From Felis catus (lineage: Eukaryota): 64,000 bases of DNA. Made by a program: the position numbers and the translations under genes. Below, one piece after another: positions 51,199-64,000 of the stretch (the stretch's first letter is position 1; the number at the start of each line of letters is the position of its first letter). The DNA lies in contig NC_058368.1 of NCBI RefSeq assembly GCF_018350175.1, forward strand, positions 218,428,001 through 218,492,000, in the 5' to 3' direction. Under the pieces are notes generated by a model. It saw only the letters and a program-made list of their open reading frames with translations, did not search any database and was not told the origin of the DNA.

Positions 51199-52945
51199 TT
51201 TGGAGGAAGCAAAATAATTAATAAAATTAAATTAATAATAAATATTTAAAAATTTAAAACAACACAAAATATCAAATAAAGGAAGCTAGATCCTAGGTGT
51301 GTTTTGGTATTGTTGTTGAAAGAAGTTTGATAGAATAGAGAAAAAAGGGAAGGAAAAGATAAAAAGGAAAAAAAAAGTAAGAAACAGTTTAAAATTAAAA
51401 AAATATATATATATACAATAAAAAAGAATAAAATAAAATGAAGAAAGTGAAATAAAATTTAAAAAAATTACAAAAGATAAAAAACATAGTAAAAAGAACT
51501 TAAAAAATTGTAAGGAAAAGAAAATAAATATTTCTTTCGTATCCAAGAGAAAGAAAGGAAAGGAAATAAAGAAAACAAAGAATAGATGAACCATCAAACA
51601 GAATGAAACCTGAATGACATTATAGCCAGTTTCCCCTAGAACTCAAACTACGAAGCACTCTATAATTCATATACTAAGCAGGCAGACGACTTGTGGTGAT
51701 CCTCTAGGGCATATGCTTGTAGGGCACAATTGGATGGGGCTTGGTATAATGGCTTCATTTTCCACTAGATCGCACTGCTTAGCTTACTGGTGTGGATTGG
51801 TGTGGTGTACATGTGCGTGCATGCCCATGCATGGGAGAGGTAAAAATGGCGTCACCCAGCTTCATAATTTCTGGCACAGGAACTGTGCATTCTTACTGAA
51901 CCACAATCGAGCACCCCTCTGTTATCTCAGGTTTCTGTCCACTCCCCGCTTCTACACTGTCTGTCTGCAAGCTATCTACCAGCCAGGTGGCATCTCCCTC
52001 CCAAATTTTTTCTCCGATGGGACTGTGTTTACAAACATCTCACTTCTGGGAATCATGCAGCTTGACCCACTCTGACCCTCTGGGGGAGGGTCTCACTGAG
52101 CAATGGCCAGGTGCCAGCTTGCTGCAGAAAAAGTTTGTGTGATCACACAACAGCAAAGGTTCAGAGATTATGGCAAATCACAGCACACAGCTGGTGACAG
52201 TTTTCACTGCACTCTGGCATCTTTGTTCCAATACCAGCTAATGTGGCTATTCTCTGGTGTCTGCTTGGACCTTTGCCTGTGGGAAGCTGTATTGCCTCTA
52301 CCAAATGCCTTCCAAGCAGGGAACCCCTTCTCCCCATATGGCTCACTGATCCCTCGGACCTCGCTGCCTGCTTCTGGGGATTTGTTCTTCCTCCCCACCA
52401 GAGCACCACCAGGTATTGAGCTTCAGAATTTCTGACTCTGAACTTTCCTGTTTATAGAGTCCTAGTGGTTTTGAAACCCTCTCCTTTATCCCCATCAATG
52501 GTTTTGGGGAAGAGATTTCTTGATCAGTCCCTTGTGAATGTTTCCACTCTTTCTCTTTTTCTCCAGCTACTTTTGGGGGTACTGCATGTCCTGTCTTCTC
52601 CCAATATGCTGCAGCCTCCCCCCACTTTCTCTGCCCTCTCTCTGAAAAAAGAGCTCCTTACCCTATGCGACTTATCTCTCCCCCAGCTCACCTCTCTGCA
52701 CCACATACCTGCCAAGTTCTGTGGCTCCAGTTATGTAGATTGTTGTGTTAATCCTCGGATCATTTTCCTAGGTGTGCAAAATGGTTTAATGCTGATCTAG
52801 CTGTATTTCAGGGATAAGAGGAGCCAAGAATTTCCATGATACTATGCCATCTTGCCCCCCTTCCACTTTTTCAGCCTTAAAAGAAGCAGCATGAAAATGA
52901 TCTTACATAAAGGCAATGATTCCATATAGGTACTTAAAATCAGAA

Positions 52946-52947
<2 letters not shown>

Positions 52948-52988
<41 letters not shown>
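52948..52988. repeat. (TA)n microsatellite
   Basis: Read directly from the sequence. Confidence 0.97.
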
Positions 52989-52989
<1 letters not shown>

Positions 52990-55402
52990 CCATTGAATTG
53001 TTTAGTATAAATGTTTGATTTTACATTTGGAACACTCAAAGAGGTACATAAAATATAATCTTCCACAATTTAGTCCATTGTTAGAAGCAATCAACCAATA
53101 AATTCACCTAATGCTAGTTTGTACTTTTGGTTGAAATTTATTGCTCTTTTGATCAAATTTGGTTTGGAAAGGAAAGAAACTAATAGCAATAACATTAATT
53201 GGATAACTACTAATTATTGGGAAAATAAAAATTACATCGTCTTCTCTTAACTTTGGAAGATTTGTGATATCACATTATCCTAAAGAGCACATCTAATTGT
53301 GAGATTTCTAAAGAAAGCACTTTTCCAACTGCTCAAAGTTTTTCAACAATCTTGGTGTGCTAATTATCTAATTAACTGGGATAGACAGTCCAATTATAAT
53401 TTTGAGGTTCACTGTGGAAGTATAATTATTTTTGTAATCATTAACTTGGCTTAATCACCTTTAACACTAGTTTTGTAGGTCCTCAACTAATTAGTTTTAC
53501 TAGCTAATTACTGAATATAGAGGAATTTGATTTTCATTAAGATCTGATAAGACTTATTGTCATCTGGGTAGGAATGTGAGGACATTGTGTACATAACGCT
53601 AGATAAAGTTCATTAAAGGTCAACTTTTGTTGAACTCAGAAATTCTACAATATAATTGATTTATAGGAACACATATAGATGCACAGCAAGTAGTCTATCA
53701 TTAGCTTCTAACAGAATCTTTGATTTTGGCTACCTGTAAATCCTCTTCACATAAAAATTAAGTAATGTTGAAAAGGTCAATTTTAGTTGTAGCTTTCACT
53801 AAAGGGAGTTTTTAAAATTAAACCCTTAAGAAAAAAAATGATAAATGAGGGAAAAATAATACTTTTTTTGGAAATCAGTACAATTTTTCTCATCCTATGT
53901 TTTATTTATTTTAAGGTATTCTTTCAATTCAGTCCTTTATTTCTTTTCTCTATTTTTTAAATTTTCTGTTTTTCCACTTTAAAGCCAATCTGCCATATCT
54001 TTAACTTCTAACATCAGTTATCGTTTCTCTGTGCAGTGTGATATTCACTTTGAAAAGTCAGATCCTGAAAGTCATTTATGTTGGCAAATTATATTCATTA
54101 TAAATTCTGGAACTAAGTTCAATAGATATTTGTTCCCTTTGGATTATTATTTGGATGTAATACACTGATTTTGTCCCAAAAGATGAAACAAAATATTTAC
54201 ATATTTATGAAAAATAAGTAGTCAAGTATCTGAAATTATGCATATGAATACCCAATGGCAATACAATATAATTTAAATTTATAACTTTAGAGATGTTGCC
54301 ATCTGTCTCACAAATAGCAAGAGACCAGCTTAAAATATTTCTAATGTAATTCATTTTTACTAAGCTTATTGTTTATATATTAAAAAATAAAATATTTCAT
54401 ATACATTGAGCAAACCATAAAGGAATATATGTATGTGTGTGTGTGTATTTTTTTTTTTTTTTTGCTTACAAGGAAATGGCATTAAGTACTGTAAATTTGT
54501 GACAGTTCTCTCTGAATATTATTGCACTTCTATTGTGTTTTATTGCTTTTCACACCCAACAACAAGTTAGAGGACAGAAGAAAAATCATTGCCTCTTCCT
54601 TTAAGAATTGTCGTCTTATAAAGAAAACTAAATACAGGAAAAATTACCTAAATTAGTAACTGAGAAAGTACACAAGCCATATTCACTAATTCAAGTGCTA
54701 GACACACAAACTGTTGGCAATTCATATAAATTACATGTAATTTACATATTTTGGTACTCTTTTTATTCTACATAGTACAATTTATCTTAATTCAGATGAA
54801 AATAATTTGAAGACTGGAAAATGTATTGGAAATACTTCCTTCTTTTGAGTTAATTATTACATAGTTGCCTTCTCAACTGATGTGAGATACAAAAAACTAT
54901 TCACAAAGTGCTGCATGAACAAATAAGTGATAAGTAAAAGAGGTAATATATGCTTGTGGGACAGAATTTCAAAAATATTGAAAAGTATATTATGTACAGT
55001 AAGATTATGAACACTTTAGTTGCTCAGTCCTTCTATTTTTTCTTCCAAGTGTCAAGCATTATCTTTAGCTCTTAATTACTGGTTTCCCAGATATCAAAGC
55101 ATATTTCATTTATTTTAAAACATGGTAGCATATAATACCCATTTACATGTTGCTTTTTCACTTAAAAATATTTTTCCCCATAAATAATTATCAGCTACAG
55201 AATAACCATTCAGAATTTATGCAATTATTTAGTATGTCCCTACTGATACATGTTTAATATTTTTCATACTGGATATATCTTAGTTTGATAGAATATTGGT
55301 TTGAAGAATATTATACTAAATATTATTATACTTAGGTCATACCACACATGTCCAAATATATATGTAGAAAGAACTCCTATGTATTAATAACCATATCCAG
55401 GG

Positions 55403-55893
55403 GTGTGATCATATTACTCTCTCATATTTTACCTTCTCTTGAATCCATGCCCTTTGAGGTGTGGCTTTCAAATTAATCTGGATAAAGAGATGTAGCTTAT
55501 TCCTCTACACCTTAATTCTGAGTTCATCCATGTAGTTGGTTTGTGGACCAGTGCAGTGTTGGATAGCAGGATGTAAACAGAATATTGAAAGATTTTCACA
55601 AGTAGGCTTGCTTGCCTTTGTACTTCTGCCTTCACCGTGAGTACATGCCCAAAGGAGCCTGTTGCCGTGATGTAAGAGATACGTGAAAGAGAGCCAAGTA
55701 ACCCTAACGAGCAGGCAGCCAATGCTTAGCTATTCCCTGAAATGCAATGGAGGCCAGACAAGACCAGAAAAAATAACCTCCTTAAATCCCCGATTCACAG
55801 TTTTGTGAGAGTTCACAAAGCTAACTGTGTTTAAGCCATTGAGTTTGGGATGGTTTGTTATGCAGCATTATTATGGCAATAGATAATTGATAT
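55403..55893 (+). mobile_element. Old MLT1 (G/H/I/J-type) ERVL-MaLR solo LTR
   Basis: ATCCATGCCCTTTG..GTGTGGCTTT near the start and TTTAAGCCATTGAGTTTGGGATGGTTTGTTATGCAGCA...ATAGATAATTGATA at the end. Confidence 0.78.
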
Positions 55894-56047
55894 AAATGCA
55901 TGTGTGTTGCTGATTTTAATACATATTATGTTATTAATAAAAGGATACCAGATTTTACTCTAGCCAGTAATGAATGAGAGAACAAAGCAGCAATGCCATT
56001 AATTTGCTGTTCTTTGCTAGCCGGGTGGGTGACAATACTATTCTTTT

Positions 56048-56261
56048 TTTTTTCATTTTTTTTAATGTTTTATTTATTATTGAGAGACAGAGAGAGACAG
56101 AGCATGAGCATGGGAGGGGCAGAGAGAGGTGGAGACACAGAATCTGAAGCAGGCTCCAGGCTGTCAGCACAGAGCCCAACACGACGCTGGAACTCATGAA
56201 CCTCAAGATCATGACGTGGGCCAAAGTCGGTCGCCCAACCGACTAAGCCATCCAGGTGCCC
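56048..56261 (-). mobile_element. Felid CAN-SINE
   Basis: Canonical body. TSD CAATACTATTCTTTT at 56033-56047 and 56262-56276. Confidence 0.95.
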
Positions 56262-56433
56262 CAATACTATTCTTTTATAGTTTGCATTTCACATATTTAA
56301 GTGATATCTTTGTATAAAATTGGAAATTAAAGTATTGGCAGTTCAACTGAAGAATCCTGTGATCCTTTTTTACACCTCCTAAATTTGGTGTTTTTATTAT
56401 ATTTATATATATTTTATATATACATATATATAT

Positions 56434-56472
56434 ATCACTTCTCAGACTTTTGGCTAAGATCAAGTGTAGTAT
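56434..56472 (+). pseudogene. RNU2: 3'-truncated U2 snRNA retropseudogene (U2 nt 1-39)
   Basis: ATCACTTCTCAGACTTTTGGCTAAGATCAAGTGTAGTAT versus U2 ATCGCTTCTCGGCCTTTTGGCTAAGATCAAGTGTAGTAT gives 36/39 identity. Two of the three changes are at CpGs. Confidence 0.92.
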
Positions 56473-56621
56473 AAATTATTCAGATAAAAACACCATATTT
56501 ATTTTGCTGATGTTTCCTAGATATATCCATTATCATTTTCTTTTATTTAAAAATCCTGTGCTCTTATGTTTTTTAGAAATGTCTCTTTATGTTTTATACA
56601 ATTTTTTAAATCCAATCTATG

Positions 56622-56815
56622 TTTAAAAAAATGTTCACTTATTTTTGAGAGAGAGAGAGAAAGACACAGTGTGAGTGGAGGAGGTGTAGAGAGAGAGAAA
56701 CAGAGGATCCATGCCGACAGCAGAGAGCCAAATGCAGGGCTTGAACTCAGGAACCACGAGACCATGACCTGAACTGAAGTTGGATGCTTAACCAACTAAG
56801 CCACTGAGGCCCCCC
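56622..56815 (-). mobile_element. CAN-SINE
   Basis: Canonical body. TCCAATCTA flanks both ends. Confidence 0.93.
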
Positions 56816-57306
56816 TTTCCAATCTACTTTTAAGTGATAATTTTAAACCAATAATCACTAGTCTGAATCTAGATATATCTTGATATATTCAGCATCCTTT
56901 TGTATTTCCTAATTATCTATGTCTACTTTTTAATTTTTGCCATTCTTATTTGTTAAGCTTTATTGTGTTATTTTCCATCTACTTTCTTGAAGTAAACTTT
57001 TATTGTTTTAGTATCTACATTATACATTTTTAAAGAAATTTATGTATAATAAGTCAATTTTACTGAAAAAAAATCCAAAATTCTTTAACTTTAAGCAATC
57101 TTCTTCTGCTCTACATTTTAATATCATCCAGTATTTCAGTTCTATGATTCTTTTAATAATCCTCCCAATGAAATTTATTATCATTACCTTTATGTAGTCA
57201 AAGTTTCCTTAGATTTATGTACATATTTATCAATTTTTAATCAATGTTTACATCTCAGAAAATTATTAATGGCATAGTATTTTTCCTTTCTAAAATACTG
57301 CCTTGA

Positions 57307-57542
57307 AGGCACCTGGGTGGCTCAGTTAGTTTAGCATCTGACTCTTGATCGAATCCCCACCCGCCCACACCACCCCCCACCTCCATCAGGTTTTGCTCTG
57401 AGTGTGAAGACTGAGATTCTTTCCCTCCATTTGCCCCTCTCCCACTTGTGTGCACACTCTCTCTCTCTCAAAATAAAATAAAATAAAATAAAATAAAATA
57501 AAATATAAAATAAAAGTAAAGTGAACTAAAATAAAATAAAAC
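57307..57542 (+). mobile_element. Old CAN-SINE with a C-rich internal tract and (TAAAA)n tail
   Basis: GGCACCTGGGTGGCTCAG head. TSD AAAATACTGCCTTGA / AAAACACTGCCTTGA. Confidence 0.88.
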
Positions 57543-58544
57543 AAAACACTGCCTTGAGAATTTCCTTAATTAAAACTGCCTGTGATAAAATGTCTTTTTT
57601 TTTTAAGCAAATGACTTCATTTTGCTTTAATTCCAAAAGATGAGGACACGATTCTAGCTTGACAGTTATTTCCCAGTTACTCTAAATACCTTTTATATAC
57701 CACAAACACTATTGTTAGAGAAAATTTCCTTTGATAGAAAACAAAATGGGTAAAATTTATTGGAGGATAAAATTCACATCTATGCACAAGACAATGCAAA
57801 TAAGTGAAATATCCAACAAGTGTGTTGCTCCTGTGAGTAATGAAATCTCTTTTCTTGGAAATAAATATATTGAGCTTGGAAAACCGGTTATAAAAGGGGA
57901 TTTCTGTAATAGTGCACTGTTGAACTCAAAGACTTACAGCTTTTTGTTCTCACCTTAAGCTTAGATATTACTTATACTGATCCTCATAACATGAAACAAT
58001 GGATAAAAAATATTTTATTTGTGTTGTTTTCCTATGGAGATTTGTAGTAGGGGAAACCAGGAAAAGTGAGACCTCTGGGTGATGACATACTTAAGTGAGT
58101 CTACTGGAACACGATCTTATTTATCTCCTAAACTCTCTGAGATGCTTCAGCTTTTTTTTTTTTTTTTTTTTTTTTTGTAGGATGGAAGTTAGCATTAGAG
58201 GAATTAAAGAGTATAAATATCTAATGCAGCACTTGTCATATCATTGGTTCCCCTTCTCTTCCTTTCCTTTTTTTCTTTTTATTTCTATAATACAGAAAGT
58301 GTTTCAATCTCAGTGCCCTTCTTTCAATTTCACTTAATTCTACCTCTGTCTTCTGATACAATTTAGAATAGGTAGGTAATTTAAATGTTGGCACTTAAAT
58401 AAAGTTCTGCTATATATTGCATAGTATATATGATATATATTCTACTGTATTATACAATGTTATACATTATATAGTATATTCATATACCATATTATATGTT
58501 ATTGTCATATCATATGTTACATCATATCATATGTTATTATCATA

Positions 58545-58723
58545 TTGAGAGAGAGAAAGTGAGCAAAAGTGGGGAAGGGGTAGAGAAAGAGGGAGGTTCC
58601 ATGCTGGTTCCATGCTGTCAGTGCAGAGCTTGACGCAGGGCTCAAACTCACAACCATGAGATCATGAGCTGAGCTGAAAACAAGAGTCAGACACTTAACT
58701 GACCGAGCCACCCAGGCCACCCC
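58545..58723 (-). mobile_element. CAN-SINE
   Basis: GGGCTCAAACTCACAACCATGAGATCATGAGCTGAGCTGAAAACAAGAGTC...GAGCCACCCAGG. Confidence 0.92.
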
Positions 58724-60789
58724 ATTATATCACATTATTATACATAAATTTAACTCATGTTGTATTCCTGAGTTAAGTTTGCTTTCATACTTGCCTCTTG
58801 GCCAGGTAGAAAAATAATTCAGGTTGGCGACTCTGTGTTTATAAATATTTTAGTTTTCCCAACAAGATGATGAATGGACTCTACTTTTTGAGGCCAATGA
58901 TGCCCATGGCTCTGGGAAATGTGACCTGAAAAATATATCTAAGAATGAACTTGATAGTGCCTGGCAGGAGAATGGTTAACAGCTGCACCTGGCACAACAG
59001 TGGAGCTACATGCTTCCCCAGCAGGTTTGTCTTGGGCAAGATATTTACCATTTCTAAGCTTCAGTTTCTGTAGCCCTCCTTTATGATTCTTTTGCCAAAA
59101 TGCACACAAGTCCTCAATACATGATAGCTATCATTTTAGATAATAAATTATAGATTACACAATAGACTTTAGAGTCAAATATACCATGTTAAAACTTGTG
59201 CTGTAGCTTGATCATTCTGTAAATTTGGGGCTGTTAACTTAATTCCGCATCTGACATCTGAACTTGACTTTACATCTTAATAGGAGGAGGTGTTGAAAGA
59301 TGAGGAGCATCAGAACATGTATATGTAGAAATGTAACTGTTTTAATTTACTTTCTGTAAGTGGTGGTTTTAGAAACTAAACAACAGCAACAACAACAACA
59401 ACAAAACAAACACAATGATTTCCTGAAAGGTAACAGTAACTGGATCACTGTACAAGAAGTAAAGTTTCATTAAGTGGGTCAATAAGATTTTTCACATGCT
59501 TTTAATATGACATCAAATTTCATGCATGTTGGGAATTGTATTGTAACTTATGGTTAATAAAGAATAAAGCAATTTGAAGCCTCTTTAATAAAAGCAAATA
59601 AAACTATCAATTCAGGTTCTCCAATGTAATAAACCCAGTTCAAATTAAGTAGTTTCTAGCAGATTGTATCATGTTATAGCTTCCCGCTCCCCATCTTTTC
59701 TCTACATTTGCAAAATTTTACATTTGGACTAAATTAAAACATTCATCTAAACTTTTATTTCCTTTTAGTGTTAATTAATATTGCTCTGTGCTCTCTGAAC
59801 TATTTTCTGGCTCAAAAGATTCTCATAATCTTTTATTGATCCTACGTATTCTACAGCCTTTTCTAATAAGTTTTCTACTTCATGAATAGCAAAATGAGTT
59901 TATAGCACATATTATGAGTCATATATGCTTAAAAATTCAAGGAAATCTGGAACAAAATAAGTTTGTGTAAAGTGAAGAAGTAGAAATGATCTACCCAAAT
60001 TAAAGAGCCTATACATTTTTTACTTTTAGTTTTTCTCCCCCTTAAAACATACTCCCTAGATATTTCATATTCTCCTAGAGAAGTTGCAAAACATTCATAT
60101 ATCTGAAGCTCACTCAATTTATCGAATCATAATTGCTGAGGATAGAACTAGATTTGAATTATTGAAAAAAATCTTCTCATCTAATTATTGAATACTATTA
60201 AATAGTATATTAAAGTTAATTTTATATTTTTGTTTACTGACATTAATTTATGTAAATTTTCCATTTAATGTTGTCTTCTAGAAAACACTTGTATAACTTA
60301 GTGCTGTAAAATTAGTTCTCATTACATGTATGTACTATTATTTTTAAAGTTCTTAAAGTATTTGAAAAAATACTAAAGTATTGGAATTTCCAGTCTTGAT
60401 TGTAAAAAAAAATATTTTGACTAATTCATGGTAAAGATTAGCTCACATATTGATTATCTTAAGAATATGATGTTGCATGTTATGGATAGTCATTCACGGT
60501 CACAAGTAAAGAGGCCACTATGTGTCAATTATAAGTATATGTTAACATAACTTTTCATTGTAATGGTGAATGCATTTTATTTATCATTTGTAGTGTTTAT
60601 TGAATGACATCTACACTACAATAAATAATAGACAATAGAAATTGTCAAGAAAATATAACTTATTCTACCTTCTAAACATTATCTCTATAAATATAATTTG
60701 TGATTGCTTAAATCACAAATAAGCCAATATAAGCATAATCCACTGTTAACAATTTGTTTCATACAATAAAAATATGTTTTGATAAATCA

Positions 60790-61450
60790 TTCCATTGTGC
60801 AGTAACTGTGAAACAAAATTAGATGACCTAAGATTCACATAATAGAAGTTTTAAAAAAGAGAATTAGAAACAAATATAGGACAGAGAGTATTTGAATAAA
60901 TAATAGAGAAAGGTAGCCTTGCTTTGAAAAAACACTTCAGCCTAAAACTTATGAACATTTACTGAGATACAGGCAAGCTTGAGGAAAAACAAAAAGAGCT
61001 ACTCACTTATACATATCCTACTAAAATCTCTGAATTCTAAGTATTAAAAGAAAAGGAAAGGACATCTTTTCAAGTTTCCTGACAGAGAAGTCACTGAGAA
61101 AGGAAAATATTCAAATGTATTAAACTTCTCATCCCTAATACCAGGAGCTAGAAGAATACATGAAAAGATTCCTTTACCCAGGAATTAACTTATCCCAAGT
61201 TAAGATGGCAGATATCTTTTTAACAGATATTTCACCTTCTCAGGGTAGAAAAAAATTTATAGATATGTAAGAATTCAAATTCTATATCAAGATGCAACTC
61301 ACAGAAAATACTTGACAGAGAGGACTCTAACACAAAATGAAATTGAGAAAAACAGACACTGATATAAAAGACAATGAAGAGAAAGTTAAGAGTGGTGACC
61401 TTATAACAATGAATAAAAAGGTTAATATTGGTAATGAACTACTGAATTCA
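60790..61450 (+). mobile_element. Decayed HAL1/old L1 ORF1-like relic
   Basis: A-rich sequence with ACATATCCTA.TAAAAT..CTGAA.T..AAG and AACTTCTCA....AATAC..GGAGCTAGAAGA motifs. Boundaries are approximate. Confidence 0.45.
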
Positions 61451-62174
61451 AAAATTTAAAGCTGGCTGGGCCACAAAAATCTATATCCTTTTAATATTTG
61501 CAACAATGATTAAAATGTTAAAACACTGCTTCAAAATATAGGAACTGTTTCTTCACAAAATAAGGACTCTATGTGTCAGAATTCTTTATATGGCTTTGAT
61601 TAGGGTTTAAATTTATGTCATGCATTTGAATTTAAATTTTCCTTTTCTTTGGTCATGAGGATTCGGTACTAACTGAAGATTTACTAATTTGAGGAAATAA
61701 TAGCAAACATTATCTTGGAGAGATTTCTAAAAATGTAATTTTTTGAGGAGAAATTTTGTTTTTAAAGTAGATTTTTCAGTAAAGGAAAACTTTCAGAAAA
61801 AATCGAAATGCAAAATAAGTAACAGTCAAAACTACCTTCCATTAAGTTCCTTTGCTTTTCTATTCTAGTTGCTTTTTGAAATCATACCCACTTTGTGGCT
61901 GGTCATAAAGACTTTTTATTTGCCGTTTTCATACCTTTTAACTTGGATTTTGTGTAAAAAAATAATCCTTGCATAAGTAGATCTTTTTTCTTCCTTCTTC
62001 AGTGTTGTTATGCTATTAGGGTATGGTTTATCCTGTCTCCCAGACACTGTGAGCACCTTAAACATTTCTTTACTTCTCATAGACTATGTTACATCCTATG
62101 TTAAAAGACCTATGTCTTTTCATCTTTCCTCAGCCTCCAGTTTTTTTTTTCTTAAAAAATCTTTTTTTCTTTTT

Positions 62175-62378
62175 GGGTGCCAGGGTGGCTCAGCGGTTGA
62201 GTGTCTGACTTTGGCTCAGGTCATGATGCCATTGCTCATGTGTTTGAGCTCCACATTGGGCTCTGTGCTGACAGCTCAGAGCCTGGAGCCTGCTTCAGAT
62301 TGTCTCCATCTCTCTGTGCCTCCTTTGCTCATGCTTTCTCTTTCTCTCTGTCAAATATTAAATAAAACATTAAAAAAT
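62175..62378 (+). mobile_element. Felid CAN-SINE
   Basis: GGGTGCCAGGGTGGCTCAGCGGTTGAG head, ACAGCTCAGAGCCTGGAGCCTGCTTCAGATT and A-tail. Confidence 0.93.
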
Positions 62379-62394
62379 TATTTGTTTTTCTAAA

Positions 62395-62512
62395 TAGAAG
62401 GAGGAGAAGCAGAAGAAAGACAAAGAGAAGAACATGAAGGAAGTAGAGAAGAAGAAGGAGAATAAGGAATGAAGGACAAGTAAGGAAGGAAAGAGGGAAG
62501 GAGGGAGGAAAA
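62395..62512. repeat. Purine-rich (GAA/GGAA) low-complexity tract
   Basis: Read directly from the sequence. Confidence 0.8.
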
Positions 62513-62955
62513 ATATATAAAAACTTTCAACGGAATTGTAGGAACTAAATTTTCTGGATTTGAGAATTTTAGCTTTAAGTTCATGCTTTTCACAATGGAA
62601 CAAAACCCAGTCACCTGTGTAACTATATTCAAGGATTAAGCTTTGAGTTAGGGTGGGCCCTAGGCATTTTTGTTCCTCTCCATTTCCCACATGTAATCAG
62701 GCACCAGAAATGTAAATATCAACCCCATTGTAACTCCTTCTTGGAAAAAGAGACATCATCTAAAAACACTTAGCTTATTCTTTTCTTTAGGTTATTTCCA
62801 AGGAAAACTCTCTATATTCTATAATCATTGATCTAGCTTACAGATTTGCATTTCTAAAATTATTTCCCTTTTAAAATCCCCCATAAGCTTTGATGAATTG
62901 TGCAATAATTTGCAAACTCAGCACCCTAAGATTCCATTGAATATCTTTATTTTTC

Positions 62956-63154
62956 GTTTTTTAAAAATGTTTACTTATTTTTGAGAGAGAGAGAAAGAGA
63001 GAGAGAGAGGGACAGAGGCATTGAGAGGGGGACAGAGGATCCAAAGCAGCTCTTCACTGACAGGGTGAGGATGCGGGGCTCAAACTCACAAACCGTGAGA
63101 TCATGACCTGAGCAGAAGTCGGATTCTCAACCAACCAGTCCACCCAGGTGCCCC
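62956..63154 (-). mobile_element. CAN-SINE
   Basis: Canonical body ending CACCCAGGTGCCCC. ATATCTT..TTTTC flanks both ends. Confidence 0.93.
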
Positions 63155-63528
63155 ATATCTTCTTTTTCCTTGAGGATAGTCACTATTATTATTATTTTCT
63201 ACATCTACAATATTTCTTTATATAATTTGAATGATATGTATTCTCATAGGTTTTTATAATCTAATTGATTTAAGTTACCATAAACTTACTATTAATTTTT
63301 GTCATGTGGTTTCATATGTTGAAGCAATTACAGAAATTTCCCTCTATACCTTCCTCCTCTACCTCTCAAATCATGGACACTATGGTTTGTCACTTTAATT
63401 CATCATATGTGAAAAAAATATATATTACATATATTAAGGAAAAATTTTAAGTTTCCCCTTTTATTGTATTTAATGTTGGTTAAATAGTTGACAACTTTGA
63501 CACTCATCACCATTTCACCATTTGAAAT

Positions 63529-63862
63529 AATATGCCAAGCAAAATAAGTCAGAGAAAGACAAATATTATGATTTCACTCATATGTGGATTTTCAGAAACA
63601 AAACAAACAAGCATACGGGGTGGGGAAAATTGAGGCAAACCAAGAAACAGACTCTTAACTATGGAGAACAAATTGATGGTTGACGGAGTGGAGGTAGGTG
63701 GGGGCAGATGGGTTAAATAGGTGATGGGTATTAAAGAGTATACTTGTTGTGATGAACACCAGGTGTTGTATGGAATTACTGAAACCAATATTATACTATA
63801 TTTGAACTAACTGGAATTTATATAAAGACTTAACAAAAATTTTAAAACAATATACAATAAAT
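63529..63862 (+). mobile_element. 5'-truncated carnivore L1 3' end
   Basis: AAATAAGTCAGAGAAAGACAAATATTATGATTTCACTCATATGTGG, G-rich 3'UTR and A-rich tail. Confidence 0.9.
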
Positions 63863-64000
63863 GGGGCACCTGGGTGGCTCAGCCGGTTAAATATCTGACT
63901 CTTGATTTCAGCTCAGGTCATGATCTCATGGTTCATGAGATCGAGCCTCACATTGGGCTCTGCACTCACAGCATGGATCCTGCTTGGGATTCTCTCTCTC
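63863..64000 (+). mobile_element. CAN-SINE, cut off by the window edge, abutting the L1 tail
   Basis: GGGGCACCTGGGTGGCTCAGCCGGTTAA head. Confidence 0.93.

Larger units (their letters stand above)
44484..52863 (-). mobile_element. Full-length, inactivated carnivore LINE-1 carrying two nested solo LTRs
   Basis: Minus-strand start GGGGGGCAAGATGGC, 5'UTR, ORF1, ORF2, 3'UTR and T-rich tail. TSD CATTTTTTCAGCCT (44470-44483) / CACTTTTTCAGCCT (52864-52877). Confidence 0.96.

Noticed and set aside
60696..60720. 10-bp inverted repeat ATTTGTGATT-N5-AATCACAAAT
   Set aside because: Short and AT-rich, so plausible by chance in 64 kb.

Overview
AT-rich, non-coding mammalian DNA from a carnivore, very probably a felid (the CAN-SINEs are of the Felidae type). 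I found no host protein-coding exon I can support, and every recognisable ORF is a LINE-1 fragment. The window holds about 23 tRNA-derived CAN-SINEs and two full-length but inactivated L1s in convergent orientation (23359-30422 +, 44484-52863 -). It also holds several 5'-truncated L1s, older L2, MER, MLT and L1M/HAL1 relics, microsatellites and a 39-nt U2 snRNA fragment. The most unusual structure is a pair of related, betaretrovirus (class II)-like solo LTRs. Each has TG..CA ends and its own 6-bp target-site duplication (TSD), and they sit only 496 bp apart inside ORF2 of the minus-strand L1. Also notable are a 67-bp hairpin-containing sequence duplicated 3170 bp apart in otherwise unique DNA and a ~100-bp deletion removing the ORF2 start of the plus-strand L1. 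I see no convincing evidence of a wholly new biological system. Repeat family names come from recalled consensus sequences, not from a database search.
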